Shown here: positions 1 to 12,173 of the stretch, in pieces
How positions within the stretch are numbered: position 1 is the first letter of the stretch
Layout: the number at the start of each line of letters is the position of its first letter
Assembly: GCA_963666215.2 (NCBI GenBank)
Contig: CAXWPL010000005.1
Location: 160,001 to 224,000, forward strand
Length of the DNA: 64,000 bases
Source of the DNA: Acidobacteriota bacterium
GTDB taxonomy: Bacteria; Acidobacteriota; UBA890; WLXD01
Direction: 5' to 3'
Position numbers and translations under genes: made by a program
Notes under the pieces: generated by a model
What the model saw: the letters and a program-made list of their open reading frames with translations, nothing else
Told to the model about the DNA's origin: nothing
Databases searched by the model: none

Positions 1-980
1 GGCCTCAGAAGCTTGCTGGCGCTCCGCGCGGTCATAAGCGGCGACGATCTTACGCACCAAAGGATGTCGAACCACGTCGCGTCGATCGAACTCGACGTGC
101 TCGATGCCCTCCACGCCCTCGAGAACCCGCGTGGCGTCGACAAGGCCCGACGGGTGTCCGCTGGGCAGATCAACCTGAGTGATGTCGCCGTTGATCACGG
201 CACGCGACCCGGTACCGATGCGGGTCAAGAACATCTTCATCTGCTCGGGCGTCGTGTTCTGCGCCTCATCGAGGATGACGAAGGAGTCGGACAGCGTGCG
301 GCCCCGCATGAAAGCCAACGGGGCGATCTCGATCTGGCTGCGGTCAATCAGCCGGCCGACCCGATCGAAGTCCATCAGCGCGTACAGCGCGTCGTACAGC
401 GGCCGCAAGTAGGGATTGACTTTCTCGTACATGTCGCCCGGAAGAAACCCCAGCTTCTCCCCAGCCTCGATCGCAGGACGCGCCAGGACAATCCGCCGCG
501 CCGCGCCGGCGTTGAACGCCTCGAGCGCCAGCGCCATCGCCAGAAAGGTCTTGCCGGTTCCTGCCGGACCAATGGCAAAGACGATGTCCTGGGCGCGAAT
601 CGCCTCGATGTAGAGCCTCTGATTCGGCCCCTTCGGGCGCACGAATCGACCCTTCGCGGTTTGAACCTCGACATCGGCAAAGCCTTGCAGCGAGGTCGCC
701 GGGGTCTCGGCAGCCACACGTGCGGCGGAACGCACCCGGTCGGCGCCGATCGTTTCCCCCCGTGATGCCAAAACACCCAGCTCGGCGATCACACGCGCCG
801 CGACCTCGACACGATGCTCCTCGCCTTCGAGGAACACCTCGTCGTCACGGGCCGAAATCCGCACCTCGAGATCCCTTTCGAGAACACGCAGATTGTCGTC
901 GTGGGCACCGAACAGGCTCTGCGAGACGCCAGCGCCCAGTCGCAAGCTACGAGTCGGAGCCGCGCGCACCTTGGTGCTGC

Positions 981-984
<4 letters not shown>
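1..984 (-). CDS. phoH: PhoH-family ATPase (3' end runs off the window)
   Basis: Not in the ORF track; translated by hand from ATG 984, which overlaps the aspS stop (ATGA). Contains GPAGTGKT, RPAIEAGEKLGFLPGD, APLAFMRGRTL, ILDEAQN and VVRHPLV. Confidence 0.93.
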
Positions 985-2834
<1,850 letters not shown>

Positions 2835-2898
2835 GAGTCAGCGTTCCTCTTGCCGTTTCCTGGTGTGAGTCCGAGTGAAGCGAATCAAACCGAGCCCG

Positions 2899-3774
2899 TC
2901 ACAGCGTCTGCCGTACACGGAGCACTTCCCCGCTGATGAGCACGCGCGTCTCACCCTCACAACGCACGCGCAGACCGCCGCGCTCATCGAGACCCTCGGT
3001 CACCCCCTCGATTGTCTCGGAGCCGGTCTGTACGACAACTCGGCAACCGCGGGCGCCCGGAGAAAGTTCGAGCCAGCGGCGGCGCACTGGCGCCATCCCC
3101 TGGCAACGGCAGATATCGTCCCATGTTGCGAGCCGCAACGCTAAGCACAAAGCGAGCTCGGCGAGATCGATCGCATCTCCTGATGCCGCCCGCAGGCTGG
3201 TGGCGCGATCGATCAGATCCGGCGGAAAGTCGCGCTCGTGGTGGTTGGCGTTGATGCCAATGCCACAAATCAGAACGTCGAGGGTGCCGCCAGTCCCCTC
3301 CCCCTCCACCAGCGTCCCCGCCAACTTACGGTCGCGCCAGTCACAATCGTTCGGCCACCGCAGCTCGACTCCTTCCGGCAGCCACGCGGCGACGGTCTCG
3401 GCGACGGCGATGCCCGCGGCGAGCGGCAACGCAGCGGCGTACTGAGTCGCGCCTGCGCCGCGTGGAGGCCGGAGTACGAAGGCCGCGTACAAGCCGAGTC
3501 CGGGTGGCGAATGCCAGCGACGCCCCCGACGTCCCCGGCCCGCGGTCTGCTCGCCGGCGATCACGATCAGCCCGTGGTCGGCCCCCGCGGCCGCGGCGGC
3601 GCGAGCAACCTCGTTGGTGGAGGCAACGCTGGCATAGGAGCGGACTTCGCCCCCGAGTGAGCATCCTCGGAGTCGTTGCTGCAGCCGCAGCGAGTCGACT
3701 GCATCGATCGAAATTCCTGAGTCGATCGACTCCGCCGGCGTGCCAGCTTCCGTCGACGAGCTTGGCTGACTCAG
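2899..3774 (-). CDS. birA: Biotin--[acetyl-CoA carboxylase] ligase (no HTH); probable CTG start
   Basis: QTAGRGRRGRRW, RWPND, KLAGTL, GIGIN. The frame is open upstream of the track start (3564) through the ASTN motif to CTG 3774. Confidence 0.9.
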   Translation of the reverse strand: MSQPSSSTEAGTPAESIDSGISIDAVDSLRLQQRLRGCSLGGEVRSYASVASTNEVARAAAAAGADHGLIVIAGEQTAGRGRRGRRWHSPPGLGLYAAFVLRPPRGAGATQYAAALPLAAGIAVAETVAAWLPEGVELRWPNDCDWRDRKLAGTLVEGEGTGGTLDVLICGIGINANHHERDFPPDLIDRATSLRAASGDAIDLAELALCLALRLATWDDICRCQGMAPVRRRWLELSPGARGCRVVVQTGSETIEGVTEGLDERGGLRVRCEGETRVLISGEVLRVRQTL

Positions 3775-6497
3775 CGTTCGAGGCTCCGAAGCCGCTCGTG
3801 CAGCTGCTCGTGTTCCGAGAAAAGCTCTACGAGCCGCGCCCGCGCCTTTTCGACCACAGCCTCGGGGGCGTTCGACACGAACCCCGGGTTGGCCAGACGA
3901 GCCTCGAGCTCGGCTCGCTCGGACCCCACGCGAGCGAGTGCGCGCTCTGCTCGAGCGCGCTCCTGGTCGAGATCGATCGCTCCGGCAAGTGACAGGTATA
4001 CCTGCGTGTCGCCACTGACGCCGCTCGCCATCCCGCTGGTGTCGTCGAGCACGGCCAGCACCTCCAGAGGCTCGGCGCGCACGAGGCTTGCGAGTAGCGG
4101 CGCCACACTCTCCACCTGCAACCGCCGCGCTTCTTCTTCGACGACCAGCTTGACTGGCGTCTTGGTGCGCGGATCAACCCCCAGGTCGGCGCGCAAACGG
4201 CGGATCTCTGTCGCCAGGTCCTGCAGCAGCGCCACCGCCTCCTCGGCCTCCGGATCGGGCCAGCCATCGTCGGCAGCGGCCCACGGGGCAAGCGCAAGCA
4301 GCCCGCGATCTCCAGGAAGCCGGCTCCATAGCTCCTCGGTCAGAAACGGCATGATGGGGTGCAGCGCGCGCAACAACACTTCGAGCGAGGCGAGTAGGCA
4401 GCCACGGGTGGCACGCTGTGCCTCGGCGTCGTCGCCTACTAGAACGACCTTCGACATCTCGAGATACCAGTCGCAGAACTCGTGCCAGGCAAAGCTGTAG
4501 AGGGCGGCGCAGGCTTCGTCGAAACGAAATCTCTCGAGGTGACGCTCCACCTCGCCGACCATCGCCGCGGTGCGCGACAACACCCAGCGATCGGGCAGCA
4601 ACAACGGCCGCGGATCGGCCGCGTCGGCCGACGCTTGCAGACCCTCCTGCCCGTCGCCGCCGGTGAGATTCATGAGGGCGAAGCGCGTAGCGTTCCACAG
4701 CTTGTTCGCAAAGGCGCGATAACCCGTCATGCGCTCGGACGACAGGACCATGTCGCTGCCCGGCGTGCACATCGACGCCAGCGTGAAACGCGTCGCATCG
4801 GTTCCGTAGCGATCGACGAGCTCGAGCGGATTGACTCCGTTTCCGAGCGATTTGCTCATCTTCCTGCCCTGCTCATCACGCACCAGGCCGTGCAGGAAGA
4901 CGTCGGTAAAAGGCACCTCGTCGCGGAAGCGCAGGCCCAACATGATCATGCGAGCCACCCAGAAGAACAGAATGTCGTAGCCCGTAACCAGCAGCTGGCC
5001 GGGGTAGTAGCGCTTCAAGTCATCGGTCTCGTCCGGCCAGCCCAGCGTCGAGAACGGGAACAGGCCCGACGAGAACCAGGTGTCGAGCACGTCGGGGTCC
5101 TGGCGGAGCTCGGCTGATCCGCAGCCACAGGACTGCGGGGCCTCCTCGGCGACCGTGAGCTCACCGCAAGCATCGCAGTACCACGCGGGAATCTGATGCC
5201 CCCACCACAGCTGTCGTGAGATGCACCAATCGCGGATATTGGTCATCCACTCGCGATAGACCTTGACCTGACTTTCGGGATGGAACCGGATGCGGCCCTC
5301 GTCCACGGCGGCCAGAGCGCGATCGGCTAGCGGCTTGATACGCACGAACCATTGTGTTGACACCTGCGGCTCGACGACGGCGTCACAACGGTCGCAGTGG
5401 CCGACCGCATGTATGTGCTCGCGCTCGCCCAAGAGAACCCCGTCGGCGGCCAAGCGCTCCAGCAGGCGAGCGCGCGCCTCGTCCCGATCCATGCCCGCGT
5501 ACGGCCCGGCCGCTTCGGTCATGCGGCCGTCGCGACCAATTACCCGTACCGACGGCAGCTCGTTGCGCCGACCAGCTTCGTAGTCATTCGGATCATGCGC
5601 CGGGGTCACTTTCACCACTCCGGTGCCAAACTTCGGGTCGACAAACGAGTCGGCGATCACCGGCAGCTCGCGTCCGATCACCGGCAACACGGCAGTCGTC
5701 CCGACAATGTCGCGATAACGCTCGTCGTCGGGGTGCACGGCGAGAGCGGTGTCACCGAGCATCGTCTCAGGCCGTGTGGTGTCGACCTCGAGCCAACGGA
5801 CCGGGCCAGCGGCGTCGATGGGCCTCCCATCGGCCGGATTCTGCGCGGCGATTGGATAGCGCAAACGCCAGAGTTTGCCGTTGACCTCGCGATGCTTCAC
5901 CTCGAGGTCGGAGATCGCGGTCCCGCAACGCGGGCACCAGTTGACGATGTACTCGCCGCGGTAGATCGCCCCCTCGTTGAACAGCTCCACGAACGCGCGG
6001 CGCACGGCACACGACATACCCTCGTCGAGGGTGAACCGGAAGCGCGACCAATCGCACGACAAGCCGAGCCGGCGCATCTGTTCGAGGATGCGATCGCCGT
6101 ACTCCGCCTTCCACTTCCAGACACGCGCCTCGAACGCCTCGCGGCCGGTCGTCTCGCGATCGGTCCCCTCTTTGGCCAGCGCTTTCTCCACCACGTTCTG
6201 CGTGGCGATACCAGCGTGATCGGTGCCAGGGAGCCACAGAACGTCGTACCCAGCCATGCGCTTCCAGCGCGCCACGATGTCCTGCAGCGTTTGGTCAAGC
6301 GCGTGTCCCATGTGCAGCTCACCGGTCACGTTCGGCGGCGGGATCACCATCGAGTACGGCGTGGCCGACGACGAGGCATCGGCCACGTGCACCTCCTGCT
6401 CGAGCCAAGCATCACGCCAGCGCTTTTCAACGCGTTCTGGCTCAAACGACTTGGGCATGTCGAACCCGGCGTCGGAACTGGCTCGTCGCTCGTTCAT
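3771..6497 (-). CDS. valS: Valine--tRNA ligase
   Basis: PPPNVTGELHMGH, DWCISRQLWWGH, KMSKS, C-terminal coiled coil; ATG 6497 has GGAG upstream. Confidence 0.98.
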   Translation of the reverse strand: MNERRASSDAGFDMPKSFEPERVEKRWRDAWLEQEVHVADASSSATPYSMVIPPPNVTGELHMGHALDQTLQDIVARWKRMAGYDVLWLPGTDHAGIATQNVVEKALAKEGTDRETTGREAFEARVWKWKAEYGDRILEQMRRLGLSCDWSRFRFTLDEGMSCAVRRAFVELFNEGAIYRGEYIVNWCPRCGTAISDLEVKHREVNGKLWRLRYPIAAQNPADGRPIDAAGPVRWLEVDTTRPETMLGDTALAVHPDDERYRDIVGTTAVLPVIGRELPVIADSFVDPKFGTGVVKVTPAHDPNDYEAGRRNELPSVRVIGRDGRMTEAAGPYAGMDRDEARARLLERLAADGVLLGEREHIHAVGHCDRCDAVVEPQVSTQWFVRIKPLADRALAAVDEGRIRFHPESQVKVYREWMTNIRDWCISRQLWWGHQIPAWYCDACGELTVAEEAPQSCGCGSAELRQDPDVLDTWFSSGLFPFSTLGWPDETDDLKRYYPGQLLVTGYDILFFWVARMIMLGLRFRDEVPFTDVFLHGLVRDEQGRKMSKSLGNGVNPLELVDRYGTDATRFTLASMCTPGSDMVLSSERMTGYRAFANKLWNATRFALMNLTGGDGQEGLQASADAADPRPLLLPDRWVLSRTAAMVGEVERHLERFRFDEACAALYSFAWHEFCDWYLEMSKVVLVGDDAEAQRATRGCLLASLEVLLRALHPIMPFLTEELWSRLPGDRGLLALAPWAAADDGWPDPEAEEAVALLQDLATEIRRLRADLGVDPRTKTPVKLVVEEEARRLQVESVAPLLASLVRAEPLEVLAVLDDTSGMASGVSGDTQVYLSLAGAIDLDQERARAERALARVGSERAELEARLANPGFVSNAPEAVVEKARARLVELFSEHEQLHERLRSLER

Positions 6498-6694
6498 CGT
6501 CTCGTCTCCGCTCACGCCATTCACGACCACCCATACTGGCATCTGCAACGGTTGCTGCCGACGCGGCGACCACGCTCCTGGCCAAATCGCGCGCTGAGGA
6601 CCGCCCTTCTGGCGGCCAGCGCCGCAAAAGACTACAACGGTATGCTCACCGCTCGGGTGCGCTTTGTATCGGCTACGCTGCCGGCGGAGCCACC

Positions 6695-6700
6695 TATAAT
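6695..6700 (+). promoter_or_regulatory. Candidate -10 box (TATAAT) for the rsmA-uppP-ftsK operon
   Basis: Perfect TATAAT in the divergent valS/rsmA spacer of a GC-rich sequence; no clear -35. Confidence 0.5.
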
Positions 6701-6753
6701 TGCCAGGATCTCTTCACCGCTCCACTCCGTTCGCCAACGAGCATCGTTACCCC

Positions 6754-7680
6754 ATGCCTTCTCCGACGCGCCGCTGGGGGCAACACTGGCTGGCGAGCGC
6801 GTCGATCGCCGAGCGCCTGGTCGAACAGATCGGTCCGCGGCCCGGCGATCGCTTCGTCGAAATCGGCCCCGGCCGCGGGGCGCTGACGCTAGCGCTGCTG
6901 GCCCGCGACGCGACCGTGGCGGCCGTTGAGATCGATCCAGAATGTTGCGTGCGGCTGGCGCATCTCAACCAGCCGCGCCTGACCGTGACTCAGGCTGACG
7001 TGCTGACTGTCGATCCGGCCGCTCTGGGGCTCCAACCGCCGCTGCGGATCGCCGGCAACCTGCCCTACTACATAGGCAGCCCGATTCTGCGTTGGACGGC
7101 CAAATACCGCGACCTCGTGGCCGACGGCCACTACCTGCTTCCCGCCGACGTCGTCCGTCGTATCACGGCGCCGCCCGGTGGACGCGACTACGGTTTCTTG
7201 TCGGTGCTGGTGCGCTGGAGCTTTGAGCCCAGCGTGTTGATGACCCTGCCACCCTCGGCGTTCAGGCCTCGGCCCAAGATCGACTCCGCGCTGATGCGCC
7301 TGATGCCCGTGGCCCCGTCCGTCGAGATCCTCAATACGGCCGAAACAGCCGAGGAACGCGAGAACGCTCTTCAAGTCGTCGCCGCGGCTTTCTCGCAGCG
7401 TCGCAAGAAGGTGGCCAACGCGCTCGGGCGCGCTGGCTGGAGCCGCGATGCCGTGGAAGAGGCCTGTGAACAGGCGGGCATCGATCCGAACGACCGCGCC
7501 GAGCGCATTTCGCCCGAGACCTTCAAACGCCTGGCGCAGGGGCTGGCTCGAAAATCGAAGTCCGGTGCGGCCGACCCAGCGACTGAGCAGCCCGAGATCA
7601 TGGCAACCGAGCCCCAGTCTGCTCACGAAAAATCTGCGCACGTGGATGTCTCCCGCGCTACGACCTTGGGTCGATCTTGA
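6754..7680 (+). CDS. rsmA: 16S rRNA m6,2A dimethyltransferase RsmA/KsgA
   Basis: WGQHWL, VEIGPGRGALT, AGNLPYYI, FRPRPKIDSA, AFSQRRK, RAE. Confidence 0.95.
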   Translation: MPSPTRRWGQHWLASASIAERLVEQIGPRPGDRFVEIGPGRGALTLALLARDATVAAVEIDPECCVRLAHLNQPRLTVTQADVLTVDPAALGLQPPLRIAGNLPYYIGSPILRWTAKYRDLVADGHYLLPADVVRRITAPPGGRDYGFLSVLVRWSFEPSVLMTLPPSAFRPRPKIDSALMRLMPVAPSVEILNTAETAEERENALQVVAAAFSQRRKKVANALGRAGWSRDAVEEACEQAGIDPNDRAERISPETFKRLAQGLARKSKSGAADPATEQPEIMATEPQSAHEKSAHVDVSRATTLGRS

Positions 7681-8507
7681 GCGGCGGGCCGGCGGTTGCG
7701 GCGCTCTTGGGCGCTCTTCAGGGGGCCACCGAGTTTCTCCCGGTCTCGAGTAGCGGTCACCTGGCGGCGGCCCAGCTGCTGGCCCCGGGTCTGTCGTATC
7801 CGGGATTGACAATGGAGCTCGGGCTGCACGTCGGCACCACGGCGGCGGTGCTGATCTACTATCGCCGCCTCGTTACGCATCTGCTCCTCGGTACCGCATA
7901 CCGGCCGGTACGAGCCGAAGACGACACTGAAACCGGTCCTCTCTTCGATCTCGACCGCGGCCGCTGGCTCATGATTCTGCTCTACGGGACGATGGCCACC
8001 GCCGCCGTTGGACTGCTGGCGCAGAGCGCCATCCGGCAGGCCTTCGACAGTCCGCGCTGGATCGCCGCGGGATGGGTGATGACCGGAGTGGTTCTTTTTG
8101 CGTCACGTTGGCGTTCGCTGCGTGGCGCGCCCCTGAGCACGCCGGTAGCGATCGCCATCGGAGCCGCACAGGGTCTCGCTGCGTTCCCCGGCCTGTCGCG
8201 GTCGGGGGTCACGATCACGCTCGCGTTGCTGCTCGGCATACGCCGCGAGCAGGCGGTCGCGTTCTCTCTTCTGCTGTCAATTCCCACGGTGGCCGGTGCC
8301 GTGATTCTGGATGCCGTGCAGACCCTCGCCGAGTCAGCGACGCCGCCGCTCTTGTTCATCGACCTTTCGGTGGCTACAATCACTGCCGGACTGGTGGGCT
8401 ATTTCTGCATCGGCTGGGTGCGACGCGCCACCCACGCGAATCGTTGGCATGCGTTCGCGTGGTACTGCTGGCTTGCAGCAATCGCCTTCCTGATGGCCGT
8501 GCGCTAG
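7677..8507 (+). CDS. uppP: Undecaprenyl-diphosphatase BacA/UppP
   Basis: LQGATEFLPVSSSGHL, PGLSRSGVTI; multi-TM; TTG overlaps the rsmA stop. Confidence 0.95.
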   Translation: MSGGPAVAALLGALQGATEFLPVSSSGHLAAAQLLAPGLSYPGLTMELGLHVGTTAAVLIYYRRLVTHLLLGTAYRPVRAEDDTETGPLFDLDRGRWLMILLYGTMATAAVGLLAQSAIRQAFDSPRWIAAGWVMTGVVLFASRWRSLRGAPLSTPVAIAIGAAQGLAAFPGLSRSGVTITLALLLGIRREQAVAFSLLLSIPTVAGAVILDAVQTLAESATPPLLFIDLSVATITAGLVGYFCIGWVRRATHANRWHAFAWYCWLAAIAFLMAVR

Positions 8508-8575
8508 GGGCGAAGGCCGGCCGTCTGCCAACGAAGACGTCTCGTACTCCGGTAGAGGGTGCGATCCGCGAACGT

Positions 8576-11149
8576 ATGGCTTGGACGGCTCTTATGGCTC
8601 TTGCTCGCACTCCACGCACCTCTCGCCTCAAGAAAAAGACCCCGCGGACGCGCGCGACGAAGCCGAAGCGCACGCCGCGATTGGCTGCCGGCGCCCGCAG
8701 CCGTCATCACGGCGAGCTGCTCGGCATCGTTCTGCTGATGACGGCGATCTATCTGGCGGTGTCGCTCTACTCGTACAACGCCAACGACGGCGACCTCTTC
8801 ATTCACGTTGCGGGTGACACGCCCTCCAACCTCAGCGGCCCGATTGGCGCCACGCTCGCCGCCCTCTCGTACCAGCTCGTGGGGCTGAGTGCCTGGATCG
8901 GAGTCCTGCTGATCGGCACCCTTGGATACGTTCGCCTTCGGAATCTGGAGATCGCTGCACCGGCCAGCAAATTGTTGGGTGTTGTTGCCGTCATCGGGTT
9001 CGGGTGCGTGGCGACGGAGTACGCCATCGGCACGGTGTCGCTCGGCCAAACCGATCTGGCGGCAGGTGGCCTCCTGGGTCTCTGGGGCGCGGGCGTCCTC
9101 AGTCGTACGCTGGGCCCGGTGGGCGGCCCGCTCGCCGCGGCTACTGCCACTCTGCTCGCCTTCGCGATTCTCACGAAACTGTCGGTGGCCTGGTTGGTCG
9201 ACCGGACCTGGGAGCTTGTCTGCAATCTTTACCAGCGCGTTTTGACCACGATGGCCCGTTGGAGCGAGCAGAGTCGCAAGCAGCGTCAGCGTCGTAACGT
9301 CATGGCGAAATACTCCGAGCGACGCCTCGGTGCCAAGCTCGGCGACAGTGCGAACGCGGCCGTGGCGGCGCTCACGGACTCGGCCGAGGCGGGCGAGACA
9401 GGTCCGTCCGCTGAGGCACGGCCGACCCGGCGCCCTCGGCGTGGCTCAGCCACGGGCGTGACTTTGCGCGTGCCAGTGCGCACGAAGCGCCTCGGAGCGC
9501 CCATCCCGGAGCCACCCCGCCCGATCGCCGAGCTAGCTGAGAACCACGAACCCGTAGCGTGGCAGCGTCCGAACCTGCCGCCGCCTCCCGGGGATGAGAT
9601 TTTCGACATCCCGATCGAGATGCCCGCTGGGCCTTCGCCTATCGCTAGCGTCGTGCCGGAGCCCCTGCCCTTCGAGCAACCGGCCGGCCCCGACGGCAAC
9701 TACGCGCTCCCCGGTGTCGATCTGCTCTCCGACATGAAGGACGCGCAGGCGATCGACCAGAAGGAGCTGATGGAGCGCGCCAAGGCCATCACCTCCAAAG
9801 CGGCGGAATTCAAGGTAACTGGCGAGGTCGTAGCGATTCACCCCGGCCCAATCGTCACGACGTTCGAGTTCCGCCCCGGCACCGGCATCAAGTACAGCCG
9901 TATCACCAATCTCCAGGACGACCTGAGCCTGGCATTGCGCGCCGAGACCATCCGCATCGCCCGCCTGGCCGGGAAAGCCACGGTCGGTATCGAGGTCCCC
10001 AACACCACACGGGCAACGATCCATCTGCGTGAGGTCTTCGAGTCGCCGGAGTTCACCAACTCGAAGTCCAAGCTGACGCTGGCGCTCGGCAAGCAGATCC
10101 ATGGGGAGAACATTGTTGCAGATCTAGCACGCATGCCGCACCTGCTCATCGCCGGCACTACCGGCTCGGGAAAGAGTGTGGCGCTCAACTGCATGCTCCT
10201 GAGTCTGCTCTACCGGGCGACCCCTGAAGAGGTCAAGGTCGTCCTCATCGACCCGAAGCGGCTCGAATTCGGGCTCTATTCGGAAATACCCCATCTGCTG
10301 ACTTCGGTGGTTGTCGAACCCAAGCTCGCTGCCAATGCGCTAAGTTGGGGGGTTCGCGAAATGGAGCGGCGCTACAAGCTCCTCGCCGAATACGGCGTCC
10401 GCAGCATCGATCAGTTCAATCTGATCCTGAAGCGCTGCGGCGACGAGATCGCCGCGACGGAAGGCAAGCACCCCGACGAGATCAAGCCTCTCCCCTACAT
10501 TGTTGTCATCATCGACGAGCTCGCCGACCTGATGATGACGTCCTCGAACGTGGTGGAGGAAGCGATCATTCGCCTGTCGCAGATGGCGAGAGCCGTCGGT
10601 ATCCACCTGATCCTCGCCACGCAGCGCCCGTCGGTGGACGTCCTGACCGGCGTCATCAAGAACAACCTGCCAGCGCGCCTGAGCTTCCGAGTGGCGTCGA
10701 AGATCGACTCGCGAGTCATCCTCGACACCCAGGGCGCCGAGTGTCTCCTGGGTCGCGGCGACTCTCTTTTTCTCGCTCCAGGAACATCGCGCTTGTGCCG
10801 CATCCACGGCGCTTTTGTGGACGAAAAAGAGGTCAAGAGAATCGTCAACTTCTGGCGCCGCCAGGCCCGTCCCGCCTACGAGGAGGCCGTCACCAAGCCT
10901 CCCCCGGAAGCCACGAGCACAAAGGGCAACAAGCAAGGCAAGGGACGCGACGAGTACTACGATGATGCCGTGGCTGTGGTGGTCGCGGCCGGTGAGGCCT
11001 CGGTCTCCAACATCCAGCGCAAGCTCAGCCTGGGATACGCGCGGGCCGGACGCATCATGGATATGTTGGAGAACGACGGCGTGGTCGGCCCGCCACGTGG
11101 CTCAAAGCCTCGCAAGGTGCTGGTCGACACGGCGCACATGTCGATGTAG
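8576..11149 (+). CDS. ftsK: DNA translocase FtsK
   Basis: N-terminal TM domain, MPHLLIAGTTGSGKS, IDELADLMM, LATQRPSVDV, gamma domain LGYARAGR; start approximate (8576 or 8594). Confidence 0.96.
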   Translation: MAWTALMALARTPRTSRLKKKTPRTRATKPKRTPRLAAGARSRHHGELLGIVLLMTAIYLAVSLYSYNANDGDLFIHVAGDTPSNLSGPIGATLAALSYQLVGLSAWIGVLLIGTLGYVRLRNLEIAAPASKLLGVVAVIGFGCVATEYAIGTVSLGQTDLAAGGLLGLWGAGVLSRTLGPVGGPLAAATATLLAFAILTKLSVAWLVDRTWELVCNLYQRVLTTMARWSEQSRKQRQRRNVMAKYSERRLGAKLGDSANAAVAALTDSAEAGETGPSAEARPTRRPRRGSATGVTLRVPVRTKRLGAPIPEPPRPIAELAENHEPVAWQRPNLPPPPGDEIFDIPIEMPAGPSPIASVVPEPLPFEQPAGPDGNYALPGVDLLSDMKDAQAIDQKELMERAKAITSKAAEFKVTGEVVAIHPGPIVTTFEFRPGTGIKYSRITNLQDDLSLALRAETIRIARLAGKATVGIEVPNTTRATIHLREVFESPEFTNSKSKLTLALGKQIHGENIVADLARMPHLLIAGTTGSGKSVALNCMLLSLLYRATPEEVKVVLIDPKRLEFGLYSEIPHLLTSVVVEPKLAANALSWGVREMERRYKLLAEYGVRSIDQFNLILKRCGDEIAATEGKHPDEIKPLPYIVVIIDELADLMMTSSNVVEEAIIRLSQMARAVGIHLILATQRPSVDVLTGVIKNNLPARLSFRVASKIDSRVILDTQGAECLLGRGDSLFLAPGTSRLCRIHGAFVDEKEVKRIVNFWRRQARPAYEEAVTKPPPEATSTKGNKQGKGRDEYYDDAVAVVVAAGEASVSNIQRKLSLGYARAGRIMDMLENDGVVGPPRGSKPRKVLVDTAHMSM

Positions 11150-11272
11150 GCCGTGCGCCATGACCACCGATCTTCGACATCCCGCCAACTCCGAGCCGCG
11201 CCACCCGATCCGCGATTCAATGAGCTTCGGACCACCCGGGCGCGCGCTCCATCGGGTCTGTATAGTCGCTCG

Positions 11273-11635
11273 ATGCCGTTGACGTGCCAACGCGGTAACT
11301 GCCCGCAAGCCACTCGAGACCGCACCTGCCCCGGCCCGCAAAGGACCGGTCTTCTTGCCAGTCTCGGCCTGCTCGCCCTCGCTGTGGGCGTCGTGGCGAT
11401 GCACCCGCCCGCGCCGGCTCGAGCACAACTACCGACAACTGCGTGGATCGCGCCCGACGGCGAGCCTTTGCCGTTCGCCAGCGACGACGAGAGCACGGGC
11501 TTCTTGCGCCTCGCGGAGGTGATCGACGCCGAGACGGTCGCGCCCCAGCGAGCTGAGCTGGCCCCGCAACGGGGTCCGCTAGACAACAGCGTTGCTTTCG
11601 AGCCGGCCGCCTGCCGCTATGACGCCGCGCGCTAG
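11273..11635 (+). CDS. Small hypothetical exported protein, possibly truncated
   Basis: Hydrophobic signal-like stretch GLLASLGLLALAVGVVA..ARA-Q; TATAGT lies 6 nt before the ATG. Confidence 0.5.
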   Translation: MPLTCQRGNCPQATRDRTCPGPQRTGLLASLGLLALAVGVVAMHPPAPARAQLPTTAWIAPDGEPLPFASDDESTGFLRLAEVIDAETVAPQRAELAPQRGPLDNSVAFEPAACRYDAAR

Positions 11636-12135
11636 CCGCGACCGGCCGCGGCGCGGGTAGAGTCGCCGTCGGCAACCCGGTCCGGACGGTGCTTCACCAG
11701 GCGGATACACGTGCCTCCACCCGAGGGCTGCGAGAAGCTCACCTCGTCCATGCGCTTGTTGATCAGAAAAACGCCGCGGCCCGAGTCGGTCAGCCGGTTG
11801 TCCGCAGCCAGCGGGTCGGCAACTTCGGCGGGAATGAAGCCCTTGCCTTGATCACATACCGAGATCTCGACACGGTCGTCGGTAACGCGATAGTCCACGG
11901 TGAACTGCGCCTCGGGACGCCCCTCGTTACCGTGAAGCACGGCGTTCATCACCGCTTCGCGCACCGCAAGGACTGGCCAGTAACTGGCCTCGTCGTCGAA
12001 GCCGGCGATCTCGAAGATGCGCGCGCAGAGTCCCTGCATGGGGTCGATGAACTCGACACGGCTTCCGCAGACCACGGCAACCTCGAACCTCCGGGGCGAG
12101 AAATCCGCAGCCGTCGACTCGCCTATCTGCTGCAC
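11632..12135 (-). CDS. RsbW/SpoIIAB-like anti-sigma factor Ser kinase (HATPase_c)
   Basis: EAVMNAVLHGN, DQGKGF, SGRGVFLI..MDEV; GGAGG before the GTG. Confidence 0.9.
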   Translation of the reverse strand: MQQIGESTAADFSPRRFEVAVVCGSRVEFIDPMQGLCARIFEIAGFDDEASYWPVLAVREAVMNAVLHGNEGRPEAQFTVDYRVTDDRVEISVCDQGKGFIPAEVADPLAADNRLTDSGRGVFLINKRMDEVSFSQPSGGGTCIRLVKHRPDRVADGDSTRAAAGRG

Positions 12136-12173
12136 CCGAAACCCTCCGAACTCGCCCGATACCGCGCCGCCGA

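Noticed and set aside
13-765. 250-aa plus-strand ORF and many other long antisense ORFs (e.g. 5397-6929, 15296-16678, 39906-41300, 45249-46466, 49562-51340)
   Set aside because: They are shadows of well-supported genes on the opposite strand, as expected from high-GC codon bias, and carry no motifs.
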